This document shows, in pieces, positions 47,426 through 56,845 of a DNA stretch of 64,000 nt. The position numbers and the translations under genes were made by a program. Below the pieces are notes generated by a model. It was given only the letters and a program-made list of their open reading frames with translations. It searched no databases and had not been told where the DNA came from. Numbering within the stretch: the stretch's first letter is position 1; each line of letters opens with the position of its first letter. Source of the DNA: an uncultured Nitrososphaerota archaeon (GTDB lineage Archaea > Thermoproteota > Nitrososphaeria > Nitrososphaerales > Gagatemarchaeaceae); NCBI GenBank assembly GCA_963838925.1, contig CAWISW010000001.1:32001-96000 (forward strand). The letters run 5' to 3'.

Positions 47426-48376
47426 ATGCGGAAAGAGAAGGTCCTGGTCGACCCACAGCAGCGCGACGGCAGGGCGAAGAGGGTCATCGCGGACACGGAC
47501 CCCTCAGACTTCTTCCCCGCAGCCTCCGGGCTGGGCCACAAGATACTCCGCCTGCTCGCGAAGGGGCCAAACTATCCCTCCATGATCGCGCGCGACCTCA
47601 AGCTGTACCACCAGGCGGTGTACTACCACATGAAGAAGCTCGAGAGGGCGGGACTCGTCGTCCGCGTCTCCCAGCGGACCGTGAGGGGAGGCAAGGCGCA
47701 GCTCTACGCGCTCGCCTCCGACGGCTACGCCATAGAGTTCGACGTGAAGGGCGAGGAGTTCGGCCCTTCGACCAGCCTCTCGAGGTCGGGCAGGCTCGGC
47801 AGGTTCCTCAAGGAGTTCATCTCCGACGACCGGCAGCTCGACGGATGGATAGTGGTCGGCTCCCCCGAAGCGCACGGGCCCAACCGCACGCAGGGGAGGG
47901 ACGGTCACTACGCGATACAGATCGGGTTCGCCCTGGGGCAGTTCGTCAGCCTCCCCAAGACCTTCCCAGTGAAGCTCGACGTCGACCTCAAGGCCGAGAA
48001 GCTCCAGGGCTCGAACCTGCTGGTCGTGGGAGGGCCCAGGACAAACGTCATATCGGCCGAGCTCAACAGGCACATGCCCATCCGCTTCTCAGAGGAGAGC
48101 TTCTTCGGGTCGATCGTGGACGCCTCCGGGAGGAGGTACCTCTCCGAGTTCGACTCCGTCCTCACGAAGATCAGGAACCCCTGGGACCCCTCGAAGGTGT
48201 GCGTCGTCGCCGCGGGCCTCTCGGGGGCAGCGACCAAGGCCGCCGTGATCGGCCTCACGAACATGGCGGAGCGCGTGCTGCAGGGCTACAGCGAGGAGGG
48301 AGGGGACTTCGCTGTGGTGCTCCACGGCCTCGACATGGACGGGGACGGGAAGGTCGACAGCGTGGAAATCCTCTAG
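47426..48376 (+). CDS. ArsR-like winged-HTH regulator with C-terminal alpha/beta domain
   Basis: ILRLL...YPSMIARDL...VYYHMKKLERAGLV; NLLVVGGPRTN. Confidence 0.8.
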   Translation: MRKEKVLVDPQQRDGRAKRVIADTDPSDFFPAASGLGHKILRLLAKGPNYPSMIARDLKLYHQAVYYHMKKLERAGLVVRVSQRTVRGGKAQLYALASDGYAIEFDVKGEEFGPSTSLSRSGRLGRFLKEFISDDRQLDGWIVVGSPEAHGPNRTQGRDGHYAIQIGFALGQFVSLPKTFPVKLDVDLKAEKLQGSNLLVVGGPRTNVISAELNRHMPIRFSEESFFGSIVDASGRRYLSEFDSVLTKIRNPWDPSKVCVVAAGLSGAATKAAVIGLTNMAERVLQGYSEEGGDFAVVLHGLDMDGDGKVDSVEIL

Positions 48377-48423
48377 CGTGACCAAAATCTTATAATGTCA
48401 GCCCTAGGGGCTGAAATCAGCAT

Positions 48424-48927
48424 TTGTCGAACCCTCAGGCATCCGAGTTCAGGTACCTTGTCAGGCTGAAGGGGAAGGACCTGGACGGGCGAAAGAAGGC
48501 AGTAGCCGCCCTAGCGGACCTGAAGGGAGTGGGTTACAACTTCGCGCAGGCCGTCGTGAGCGGCGCTGGCATCGACCCAAAGATGAGGTTTGGACAGTTA
48601 TCAGAGTCGCAGATCAAGGACATCGAGAGGGTCCTCGCGGACACCTCCTCGCTCAACGTCCCCCAGTGGGCGTTCAACCGGAAGAGAGACCCAGAGTCGG
48701 GGGAGACCAAGCAGCTCGTGGGGACCGACCTCGACCTCGCGCTGAAGAGCGACCTTGACAGGGAGAGGAACATCCAGAGCTGGAGGGGAGTAAGGCACGG
48801 CCTGGGGCTCAAGGTCAGGGGCCAGCGCACGCGCACCACGGGAAGGAAGGGCAAGACGGTGGGCGTCAGGAAGGCCACCCTGCAGCAGGCCGCGCAGGCA
48901 GCAAAGACTGCCGAAGAGAAGAAGTAG
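48424..48927 (+). CDS. rps13: 30S ribosomal protein S13
   Basis: LKGVG, WRGVRHGLGLKVRGQRTRTTGR. Confidence 0.96.
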   Translation: MSNPQASEFRYLVRLKGKDLDGRKKAVAALADLKGVGYNFAQAVVSGAGIDPKMRFGQLSESQIKDIERVLADTSSLNVPQWAFNRKRDPESGETKQLVGTDLDLALKSDLDRERNIQSWRGVRHGLGLKVRGQRTRTTGRKGKTVGVRKATLQQAAQAAKTAEEKK

Positions 48928-48939
48928 AGAAGTGAGCTA

Positions 48940-49512
48940 ATGGGCGATCCAAAGAAGCCAAGGAAGACATTCTCGCGGCCCAAGAACCCGTGGCGGAGCG
49001 AGCAGCTGGCGCAGGAGCTTTACCTCGTCGGAACCTACGGCCTACGGAACAAGAGGGAGCTTTGGAAGACCCAGGGCGACCTGAGCAACGTCAGGAAGCA
49101 GGCCAGGCACCTCCTCGCGGCGTCCGCGGAAGTGAGGGCCAAGGACGGCAAGAAGCTCCTCGACAGCCTCACAAGAAGGGGCCTGGTCAGCGAAGGGGTC
49201 GCCCTCGACGACGTGCTCAACCTGAGCGTCGAGGACTTTCTGGGAAGGCGGCTTCAGACCCTCATCTACAAGAAGGGGGCGGCGGTCTCGCCCCTGCAGG
49301 CTAGGCAGCTGATAGTGCACGGGCACGTGAAGCTGGGGAAGCGCTTCATCGACATTCCAGGTTATCAGGTCACCGCCGAGGAGGAGGGCACCATACAGCT
49401 CGTGGGCGGGGTAGGGACCCCCAAGCCGGCAGCACCCGCCGCTCCCGCGGCAGCCGCCCCGGCAGCACCAGAGGCAGTCACAGCGCAGCCAGCGGTGGCC
49501 GCCCCAGCTTGA
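48940..49512 (+). CDS. rps4: 30S ribosomal protein S4
   Basis: MGDPKK, YGLRNKRELW, RRLQT, ARQLIVHGH. Confidence 0.96.
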   Translation: MGDPKKPRKTFSRPKNPWRSEQLAQELYLVGTYGLRNKRELWKTQGDLSNVRKQARHLLAASAEVRAKDGKKLLDSLTRRGLVSEGVALDDVLNLSVEDFLGRRLQTLIYKKGAAVSPLQARQLIVHGHVKLGKRFIDIPGYQVTAEEEGTIQLVGGVGTPKPAAPAAPAAAAPAAPEAVTAQPAVAAPA

Positions 49513-49528
49513 GGTAGTGGTGTAGAGA

Positions 49529-50056
49529 ATGGCAGCGCCCGAAGAACTCGAAGAGGTCGACGAGGCAGAGGTGGAGGAGGAGTCTGCCGAAGGCGCGACC
49601 GAGGTGGAGGGCAGGACGGAGCCCGTCACCACGGGACAGATCACGCCGTCCATGGAGGAGGACGAGTCCCTGAAGGAGAAGTGGGCCGTCGTCCACATCT
49701 ACAGCAGCTACAACAACACAATCGTCCACATAACCGACCTGACCGGGGCGGAGACTATCTCCTTCTCCTCGGGCGGCAGGCACGTGAAGGCTGACAGGTT
49801 CGAGGCGTCGCCGTACGCGGCGATGCGCTCGGCATCGGCTGCGTCCGAGGTCGCGAAGGGCAAGGGCATCACGGCCGTCCACATCAAGGTGCGGGCGGTA
49901 GGCGGCACAGGACCGAGGACCCCGGGCCCGGGAGCACAGGCCGCGATCAGGGCGATCGCGAGGTCTGGCTTCAGGATAGGCAGGATCGAAGACGCGACCC
50001 CGATCCCTCACGACACGACGAGGAAGAAGGGCGGAAGAAGGGGCCGCAGAGCGTAG
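49529..50056 (+). CDS. rps11: 30S ribosomal protein S11 with acidic N-terminal extension
   Basis: [28 protein letters not shown]. Confidence 0.96.
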   Translation: MAAPEELEEVDEAEVEEESAEGATEVEGRTEPVTTGQITPSMEEDESLKEKWAVVHIYSSYNNTIVHITDLTGAETISFSSGGRHVKADRFEASPYAAMRSASAASEVAKGKGITAVHIKVRAVGGTGPRTPGPGAQAAIRAIARSGFRIGRIEDATPIPHDTTRKKGGRRGRRA

Positions 50057-50102
50057 CCTCCTAGTCGGCTCCTGAGAAACGCAACACTGAGTTCTGGGTC
50101 TT

Positions 50103-50528
50103 CTACTTCTTCGACCGCGCGGACTTTCGGGCAGCCCTCTTCGCCTTGTGGGCCTGCCTCCTGGGCATCGACTGGTACAAGCCGATGAGGTTGCCTTCGG
50201 GGTCCGTTCCCATGTATGACCAGCCCATCGCGGGTACCTCCTGCTTCCCCACGACCTCCTTCCCTCCGGCGGCAAGGAAGGCGGTGATCGCAGCGTCAAT
50301 CTCGGGGACTGCCACGTAGTTGCGGAGCGTCTCGTGCTCAGTCTGCTTCTTGTACATCCCGCCCCCGACGCTCCTCCTCCTCGGACCAGTCGTGATGGTC
50401 CAATAGTCCATCCCGCCACCCATCGGCATCTTCGCAAACTTCCAGCCGAACACCATCGTGTAGAACTTGCTCAGCTTGTCGACGTCGTTCGCAGGTATCT
50501 CGAAATGTACTACGGTCTTGATGACCAT
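50103..50528 (-). CDS. VOC/glyoxalase family protein
   Basis: VVHFEIPA, FYTMVFGW, DPEGNLIGL. Confidence 0.88.
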   Translation of the reverse strand: MVIKTVVHFEIPANDVDKLSKFYTMVFGWKFAKMPMGGGMDYWTITTGPRRRSVGGGMYKKQTEHETLRNYVAVPEIDAAITAFLAAGGKEVVGKQEVPAMGWSYMGTDPEGNLIGLYQSMPRRQAHKAKRAARKSARSKK

Positions 50529-50718
50529 GCCCTCGTCAAGGGTCTCCCCGATATTTAGCGGTTGAATACGGATTCTAATGTGGCCTACGGAGCCTACTGT
50601 TCCTCTATTCCGCCCGAAGGTCGCCCGTTTCCCTCAAAGGCTCTCAAAGGCTTTTAAACCCCACGAATCGAAACGTGAATTCCCTGTTTCCCACGGTGAG
50701 TGATAGCAAGTTTTGGTA

Positions 50719-51360
50719 ATGCCGAAGGTGAAGGTGCTTCAAGAGACTGAGGACACCATAGCGCTCCAGCTCGAGGGCGTCGACCGCAGCTACGCGAACG
50801 CGGTGAGGCGCTTCTGCATCTCTGAGGTCCCCTCGATGGCGATCGACGACATCGTCATCCTCGAGAACTCCTCGGTGCTCTACGACGAGATACTCGCCCA
50901 CAGGCTGGGCATGATCCCGCTCAAGACCGACCTCGAGAGGTACGTCCTCCCCGAGAAGTGCGACTGCGGCAGCCCCCTCGGCTGCCAAAAGTGCAGGGTC
51001 CTCCTGGTGCTCGACGCGAGCGCGAAGGACAAGCCACGCACCGTGGTCTCCGGCGACCTCGTCTCAGAGGACAGGGACATTTGCCCCACGAGCACGAACA
51101 TCCCGATAGTCAAGCTCGCGGTCGGACAGTCCGTCAAGCTCGAGGCCTACGCGAGGCTGGGCAGGGGGAAGGAGCACGCGAAGTGGCAGCCCGCCACCGC
51201 GGCCATCCTTACCGAGGGCAAGGGCGAGGGGGTCTTCGTGCTCAAGGTCGAGACGAGCGGTGGCATGCCCGCGAAGGAGATAGTCATCCGGTCGATAGAG
51301 AAGCTCGAGGAGAAGCTGAAGGAGCTCCACAAGGAAGTCGAGGAGAAGGCAGCCCAATGA
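50719..51360 (+). CDS. rpoD: RNA polymerase subunit D (Rpo3)
   Basis: ANAVRR, DEILAHRLGMIPL, GKEHAKW. Confidence 0.95.
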   Translation: MPKVKVLQETEDTIALQLEGVDRSYANAVRRFCISEVPSMAIDDIVILENSSVLYDEILAHRLGMIPLKTDLERYVLPEKCDCGSPLGCQKCRVLLVLDASAKDKPRTVVSGDLVSEDRDICPTSTNIPIVKLAVGQSVKLEAYARLGRGKEHAKWQPATAAILTEGKGEGVFVLKVETSGGMPAKEIVIRSIEKLEEKLKELHKEVEEKAAQ

Positions 51361-51722
51361 CCGCGCTCAAGGTCGCTAAGGACAACAAGCTCCTGCGGAG
51401 CGCCATAGTCCTCCTCGAGAGGAAGGCCCGCAGCGAGAAGATAGGGATCTGGAGGGAGGCCGCAAGGTACCTCTCCTCAGGGACCATGATGTGGCCCGAG
51501 GTCAACGTCGGGCGCCTCGCTCGCTTGGGCGACGCGTCGGCCGTCTTCGTCCCGGGCAAGGTCCTGGGAACGGGCAACATCGAGAAGAAGCTCAACGTCG
51601 GCGCGTTCTCCTTCTCCGCCTCCGCGAGGTCGAAGATCGAGAAGGCGGGCGGCAAGACGTTCTCCGTGGAGGAGTTCGTCAAGAAGTATCCCGAAGGGAG
51701 CGGGGTCGCGCTTGTCAAGTAG
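51357..51722 (+). CDS. rpl18e: 50S ribosomal protein L18e
   Basis: EVNVGRL, VPGKVLGTG, FSASA...AGG; ATGA overlap. Confidence 0.93.
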   Translation: MTALKVAKDNKLLRSAIVLLERKARSEKIGIWREAARYLSSGTMMWPEVNVGRLARLGDASAVFVPGKVLGTGNIEKKLNVGAFSFSASARSKIEKAGGKTFSVEEFVKKYPEGSGVALVK

Positions 51723-52269
51723 CAAGGCCAAGGCCAAGGCCAAGAAGGCGGAGGCCCCGGCACCCAAGGCAGAGCCGACGCAGGCAGCGAAGCCGGCGCC
51801 CATGGCGGAGGTAAAGGAAGCGGCGAAGCCCACGGGAGACGGCGTGCTCTACATTGACGCCACAGGCCACGTCGCCGGCAGGCTGTGTTCGAAGGTCGCC
51901 TCAGAGATACTCAGGGGGAAGAGGATCGTCGTGCTCAACTCGGAGATGGCCGTCCTTTCAGGCAAGAGGGCCACGGTCATCGAGGCGTGGAAGCAGAAGC
52001 TCGAGCTGGGCAGCAAGGTCAACCCGATCTACGGGCCGCTGCACCCCAGGCGGCCTGACAACATCATGTGGAGGATGGTCCGCGGAATGGTCCCGAAGGA
52101 GAAGGCCAAGGGGACGCAGGGACTGAAGAGGGTGCGCTTCTACATGGGGGTCCCAGCGAAGTACTCCGGCGTGAAGCTCACGAAGATCGACGAGGCGCTT
52201 GCCACCAGGCCGCTCCCCATGTACACCACCATCGCCGACCTCGCGCACAACATAGGATGGAACGGTTGA
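51712..52269 (+). CDS. rpl13: 50S ribosomal protein L13
   Basis: GRLCSKVA, GPLHPRRPD, VRGMVP. Confidence 0.93.
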   Translation: MSSSKAKAKAKKAEAPAPKAEPTQAAKPAPMAEVKEAAKPTGDGVLYIDATGHVAGRLCSKVASEILRGKRIVVLNSEMAVLSGKRATVIEAWKQKLELGSKVNPIYGPLHPRRPDNIMWRMVRGMVPKEKAKGTQGLKRVRFYMGVPAKYSGVKLTKIDEALATRPLPMYTTIADLAHNIGWNG

Positions 52270-52275
52270 GCTAGC

Positions 52276-52701
52276 ATGGTAACAGAGAAAGCAAAGCCGG
52301 CGGCGAAGCCCAAGCTCTACCCGGGCGCAAGGAAGACGTCGAGGGCCACCGCGGCCCTCAGCCTCGGAAAGGGAAGGATCAGGGTGAACGGCGTCCCGCT
52401 CGAGGTGTGGCAGCCAGAGGTGGCGAGGCTCCACATGATGGCCCCGGTGGCGATAGTCGGCGAGCTCAGGGAGAAGTACGACGTCGACGTGAGCGTGGCT
52501 GGAGGAGGCTTCATGAGCCAGGCGGACGCCTCGGCGATGGCGATAGCGCGCGCGTACCTCGACCAGGTGAAGGGCGCGAGCCTGAGGGAAAGGATGGGCG
52601 CCTACAATAAATACCTCCTGGCCGGCGATCCGAGACAGACCGAGCCCAAGAAGTTCGGCGGACCAGGAGCGAGAAGAAGACGACAAAAGTCATACAGGTG
52701 A
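52276..52701 (+). CDS. rps9: 30S ribosomal protein S9
   Basis: [27 protein letters not shown]. Confidence 0.96.
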   Translation: MVTEKAKPAAKPKLYPGARKTSRATAALSLGKGRIRVNGVPLEVWQPEVARLHMMAPVAIVGELREKYDVDVSVAGGGFMSQADASAMAIARAYLDQVKGASLRERMGAYNKYLLAGDPRQTEPKKFGGPGARRRRQKSYR

Positions 52702-52711
52702 CCAGATTACA

Positions 52712-52924
52712 ATGATGATTCCCATCCGGTGCTTTACCTGCGGCAAGCTCATCGGCGACAAGTTTGCCGACTTCGAGGGCAGGGTGAAGGCCGGGGAGGA
52801 CCCAGGGAAGGTCCTCGACGACCTCAAGATCAAGAGATACTGCTGCAGGAGGATGCTCATCTCCTCGGTCGACCTGATCGACCAGGTCCTGCCCTACTAC
52901 GCTCAGAAGAACCCTCCCACCTAA
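52712..52924 (+). CDS. rpoN: RNA polymerase subunit N (Rpo10)
   Basis: [16 protein letters not shown]. Confidence 0.97.
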   Translation: MMIPIRCFTCGKLIGDKFADFEGRVKAGEDPGKVLDDLKIKRYCCRRMLISSVDLIDQVLPYYAQKNPPT

Positions 52925-52998
52925 ACGGACGGGCGAGCTAAGAAGGGGGATTGGAAAGATGGCCTCTACCGCACGGCAGCCAGGGTGAGCGTGCCCGC

Positions 52999-54237
52999 AT
53001 GAGAATCAAGGAAGTCAAGGTGAGGGTCTGCTTCAACGGGAGGGGCGACCACGGCATCGAGGCCGACGTCACAGTGGAGCGGTCGCTCGGGAGGGCGATG
53101 TCCCCCTCGGGGGCCAGCCGCGGGACCAACGAGGCCGTCCCCTTCTTCGACAACGACCCCGACAAGACCGTGTCGCAGTTCAACAAGAACTTCGCCGCGA
53201 AGATAAGGGGATTGGACGCCGCCGACCCGGCGGGCATCACCTGGGCACTGCGTAACATCGACAGGACCAAGAACTACGCCAGGATCGGCGGCTCGCTCGC
53301 CTACGCCGTGAGCGTCGCAGCGTCCGAGGCCGAGGCGAAGGCCAGCGGCGTGCCGATGTGCCGGGTGATCGACCCGAAGTCGGGCACCCTCCCGTTCCCC
53401 CTGGGCAACACCATCGGGGGAGGGAAGCACGCGAGCGACCTCTCTCCTGCGTTCCAGGAGATCCTCGTCGCCCCGCTGGGGGCGCGCAACATCCGGGAGG
53501 CAATCGAGCTCAACCTCAAGGTCCACAAGGGCGTGGGCAAGAAGCTCTCGAAGGCGCTGAACTACCCCGTTGGCAAGGGCGACGAGGGAGGCTGGTCTCC
53601 CGGCCTCACCGACATCGAGGCCATGGGGGTCGTCTCCGAGGTCGTCGCCGCGGTCCAGGACGAGACCGGGAGGAGGATAAGGATGGGCGTGGACGTCGCC
53701 GCCGACAGCCTCTACGACCCGAAGAAGGGGGGCTACCACTACAGGACCACCAAGAAGACCCTCTCGCGCGAGGAGCAGATGGTCTTCGTCTCCGAGCTCT
53801 GCGACAGGTACGACCTGCTCTACGTGGAGGACCCGCTCTACGAGGACGACTTCGAAGGCTACGCGCAGCTCCACGCGGGCCTGAAGGACACGCTCGTGAC
53901 CGGCGACGACCTCTACACCACCGACGTCGAGAGGCTGAAGATCGGCGTCTCGAAGAAGAGCACGAACGGCGTCATAACGAAGGTCAACCAGATAGGCACC
54001 CTCTGGGAGGCGCAGCAGTTCTCGAACCTCGCCAAGAAGACGGGGCACGTGGTGGTCGCGTCCCACCGCTCGGGGGACAACGAGGGCGGGCACCTCGCCC
54101 ACTTCGCGGTGGGGTTCAGGTGCGGCCTCATGAAGTCGGGCGTCGTGGGCGGCGAGAGGACCTCCAAGCTCAACGAGCTCATCAGGATAGGGGAGCAGCT
54201 CGGCACCTCGGCAAAGATGGCCTCCGTCCAGCCGTGA
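52999..54237 (+). CDS. eno: Enolase
   Basis: PSGAS, GDEGG, EDP, GDDL, KVNQIGT, SHRSG. Confidence 0.93.
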   Translation: MRIKEVKVRVCFNGRGDHGIEADVTVERSLGRAMSPSGASRGTNEAVPFFDNDPDKTVSQFNKNFAAKIRGLDAADPAGITWALRNIDRTKNYARIGGSLAYAVSVAASEAEAKASGVPMCRVIDPKSGTLPFPLGNTIGGGKHASDLSPAFQEILVAPLGARNIREAIELNLKVHKGVGKKLSKALNYPVGKGDEGGWSPGLTDIEAMGVVSEVVAAVQDETGRRIRMGVDVAADSLYDPKKGGYHYRTTKKTLSREEQMVFVSELCDRYDLLYVEDPLYEDDFEGYAQLHAGLKDTLVTGDDLYTTDVERLKIGVSKKSTNGVITKVNQIGTLWEAQQFSNLAKKTGHVVVASHRSGDNEGGHLAHFAVGFRCGLMKSGVVGGERTSKLNELIRIGEQLGTSAKMASVQP

Positions 54238-54296
54238 GCGCTGCAAAGGTTAAATGAGGTTCCCAAAGATGGCGAGAGGCTCGGCTTGACAGCGAA

Positions 54297-55001
54297 GTGG
54301 CAAGTATGATGTCCGAAGAGGGGGACGACGCCGGATCTGAGGAGAAGATGCTCTTCCCCCAACTCTCGGAGAAGGCGCTGCTCGCCACCGGGATCAGGAT
54401 CGGCACCCAGGTCAGGACCAAGTCCATGGAGCAGTTCACCACAAAGCCGAGACCCGACGGACTGCACCTTCTTGATTACGCAAAGACCCTCCACAGGATA
54501 GACGTGGCGGGCAAGTTCATCTCCTTCGTGGGGCCGCAGAACGTCGTGGTCTACACGAGCCGCGACTATGGCAAGGTCCCCGTGGAGAAGTTCTGCGAGG
54601 TGACGAAGGCCATCGCCGTCACCGGGCGGTTCATGCCCGGGACCCTCACCAACCCGCTCTTCCCCGGGCACCTTGACGTCGAGCTGATAGTCGTCGCGGA
54701 CCCCGCCTCGGACACTCAGGCCATCATCGAGGGCGCGAAGATGGGGACCCCCGTCATCGCAGTCTGCGACACGGACAACATCACCGACGACATCGACCTT
54801 GTGATACCGGGCAACAACCGCGGAAGGCGCTCCCTGGCGACGATATTCTACCTCCTCGCGAGGTCGGTCCTCACCCACTCCTCCCTCCTCACCGGCGACC
54901 AGCCCCTGAAGTACACCATCGACGACTTTGAGACCAAGGTGACAGAGTCGGACATGGAAGAAGAGGAAGAGGAACGGCCAAGGCGCCGCGACAGGTTCTG
55001 A
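54297..55001 (+). CDS. rps2: 30S ribosomal protein S2
   Basis: GRFMPGTLTNP, CDTDN, IPGNNRG; start uncertain (54297-54309). Confidence 0.95.
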   Translation: MASMMSEEGDDAGSEEKMLFPQLSEKALLATGIRIGTQVRTKSMEQFTTKPRPDGLHLLDYAKTLHRIDVAGKFISFVGPQNVVVYTSRDYGKVPVEKFCEVTKAIAVTGRFMPGTLTNPLFPGHLDVELIVVADPASDTQAIIEGAKMGTPVIAVCDTDNITDDIDLVIPGNNRGRRSLATIFYLLARSVLTHSSLLTGDQPLKYTIDDFETKVTESDMEEEEEERPRRRDRF

Positions 55002-55085
55002 CGCCAGTCGCACCCAAATCACCGTCTTCGTCATCCTTATTTTCGCGACCAAGGAAGGAAGCGGCGTGTCCCGTGGTGAGCCCTC

Positions 55086-56009
55086 CTGAAGGCCGTCGCT
55101 GAAGCCCCGGGGAAGGTCATAATCTCCGGCGAGCACTTCGTCGTCCACGGCGCGACCGCGTTAGCAGCCGCGATCGAGAGGAAGGTCAGGGTCGAGGCGA
55201 CCCGGGGCGACCGCCTCGCCATCGACTCCCAGCTGCGCGACCCCAAGGACCTGCTGCCCGCGAGGAAGGTCGCTGAGTCGCTCTACAAGGCGCACAAGGC
55301 GGAGCCTCGCGTCTCCATCTCGATAACCTCCACGCTCGCGGACGGCGCCGGCCTCGGCTCCTCCGCCGCGACGATGATCGCGATAGCCGCCGCCACGAGC
55401 GCCCTCGAGGGCTGGGGCCTCGACCAGGCCGCGCTGGTCAGCGCCGGGGACGCCGGCGAGAGGCTGGTCCACGGCAACCCCTCGGGGATTGACGCGACGA
55501 CCTCCGCCATGGGGGGCGTGATACTCTTCAAGAGGGGCGAGGCGCCGCGCCGAGTCGAGCTCCGCACGCCGGTCACCCTGATGGTCGCCTATTCGGGGAG
55601 GAGGAGGAACACTGGGAGGCTGATCAGGAGGGTAGCCGGCATGAAGGAGACGTACCCGTCGCTCTTCTCGAGCCTGTGCGAGAGCGCCACGATGGTCTCC
55701 GGCCTGTGCGCCGAGGCGCTGGTGAGGGGCGACGCGCTCGCCCTCGGCAGGCTCATGACGTACAGCCACGCCGTCCTCGCTCGAGCGGGCGCCTCCAACA
55801 GGAGGCTCGACCAGCTCGTCGACCTCTGCCTGAGCTCAGGGTGCCTCGGCGCCAAGCTCACGGGCGCCGGGGGAGGGGGTAGCGTCCTGGCGGTCCCGCC
55901 TTCTGACGAGGAGGAGGCCGGGGCGGTGGCGGCACAGCTGAGGAAGAAGGGGTACGACACCTTCTTCACGAAGATCCCGACCGCGGGAGCGAGGGCGTGG
56001 ACGGAGTGA
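55086..56009 (+). CDS. mvk: Mevalonate kinase (CTG start)
   Basis: Manual extension of the track ORF gives KAVAEAPGKVIISGEHFVVHG and GAGLGSSAA; also HGNPSGID, KLTGAGGGG. Confidence 0.93.
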   Translation: MKAVAEAPGKVIISGEHFVVHGATALAAAIERKVRVEATRGDRLAIDSQLRDPKDLLPARKVAESLYKAHKAEPRVSISITSTLADGAGLGSSAATMIAIAAATSALEGWGLDQAALVSAGDAGERLVHGNPSGIDATTSAMGGVILFKRGEAPRRVELRTPVTLMVAYSGRRRNTGRLIRRVAGMKETYPSLFSSLCESATMVSGLCAEALVRGDALALGRLMTYSHAVLARAGASNRRLDQLVDLCLSSGCLGAKLTGAGGGGSVLAVPPSDEEEAGAVAAQLRKKGYDTFFTKIPTAGARAWTE

Positions 56010-56788
56010 CCCGCGGTCCCAACGCCCCGGTGACCATAGTCAAGCTGGGCGGGTCGGTCATCACCGACAAGAAGGTCGCCTTCTCCTACAGGGAAAGGGC
56101 GGTCCGGGCGCTGGGCAAGGCCATGGTCTCATACGGGCTGCCACTGGTGGTGGTCCACGGCGGCGGGTCCTTCGGCCACACCGTCGCGAAGGAATACGGC
56201 CTCTCGTCCAGCAGGTCGTCGCGCTCCCCCGAAGGGGTCAGCGAGACGAGGGAGGCGATGCTGAGGCTCGACTCGAAGGTCTGCGCCTCGCTCTCGGCCG
56301 CGGGGCTCCACCCGTACCCCTTCTCGCCGTTCACCCTGCTCGACAGGGATGGAGGCCCCTCGTTCATCTCCAGGCTCATCCACGGGGGGACGACCCCTGT
56401 CACGTTCGGCGACGTCGTGCACGACGGCAGGGGGTTCAGGATCCTTTCGGGTGACACCATGTGCGTGGAGCTCGCGGAGATGCTTGGCGCCGACCGGTGC
56501 GTCATGGCCATCGACGTGGCGGGCATCTTGGACAAAAAGGGAGTTGTCATCAAGGTCCTCGGCGAGGACAACTCCGCAAGCTTTCTCCCGTCACGCCGGG
56601 GCAGAAGGGGGGCGGACGCCACCGGGGGAATAGCGTTCAAGGTAGCGGAGGCACTGAGGATGGCATCGTCGGGGACCGAGGTCAGGCTCGTTTCGGGGCT
56701 CAGACCTGCGGAATTCTCCAAAGCCTTAAACGCCGTTGACTTCCGTGGGACTACCGTAAAGGTACTCCGCGGTGTCTCCAGCAGATAG
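56006..56788 (+). CDS. ipk: Isopentenyl phosphate kinase
   Basis: KLGGSVITDK, HGGGSFGH, LSGD, DATGGI..K. Confidence 0.92.
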   Translation: MTRGPNAPVTIVKLGGSVITDKKVAFSYRERAVRALGKAMVSYGLPLVVVHGGGSFGHTVAKEYGLSSSRSSRSPEGVSETREAMLRLDSKVCASLSAAGLHPYPFSPFTLLDRDGGPSFISRLIHGGTTPVTFGDVVHDGRGFRILSGDTMCVELAEMLGADRCVMAIDVAGILDKKGVVIKVLGEDNSASFLPSRRGRRGADATGGIAFKVAEALRMASSGTEVRLVSGLRPAEFSKALNAVDFRGTTVKVLRGVSSR

Positions 56789-56845
56789 GGAACCATCCTT
56801 AATCACTTGCGCCACTCAGCGGGGCAAGAGGAAACTGACCAGACC

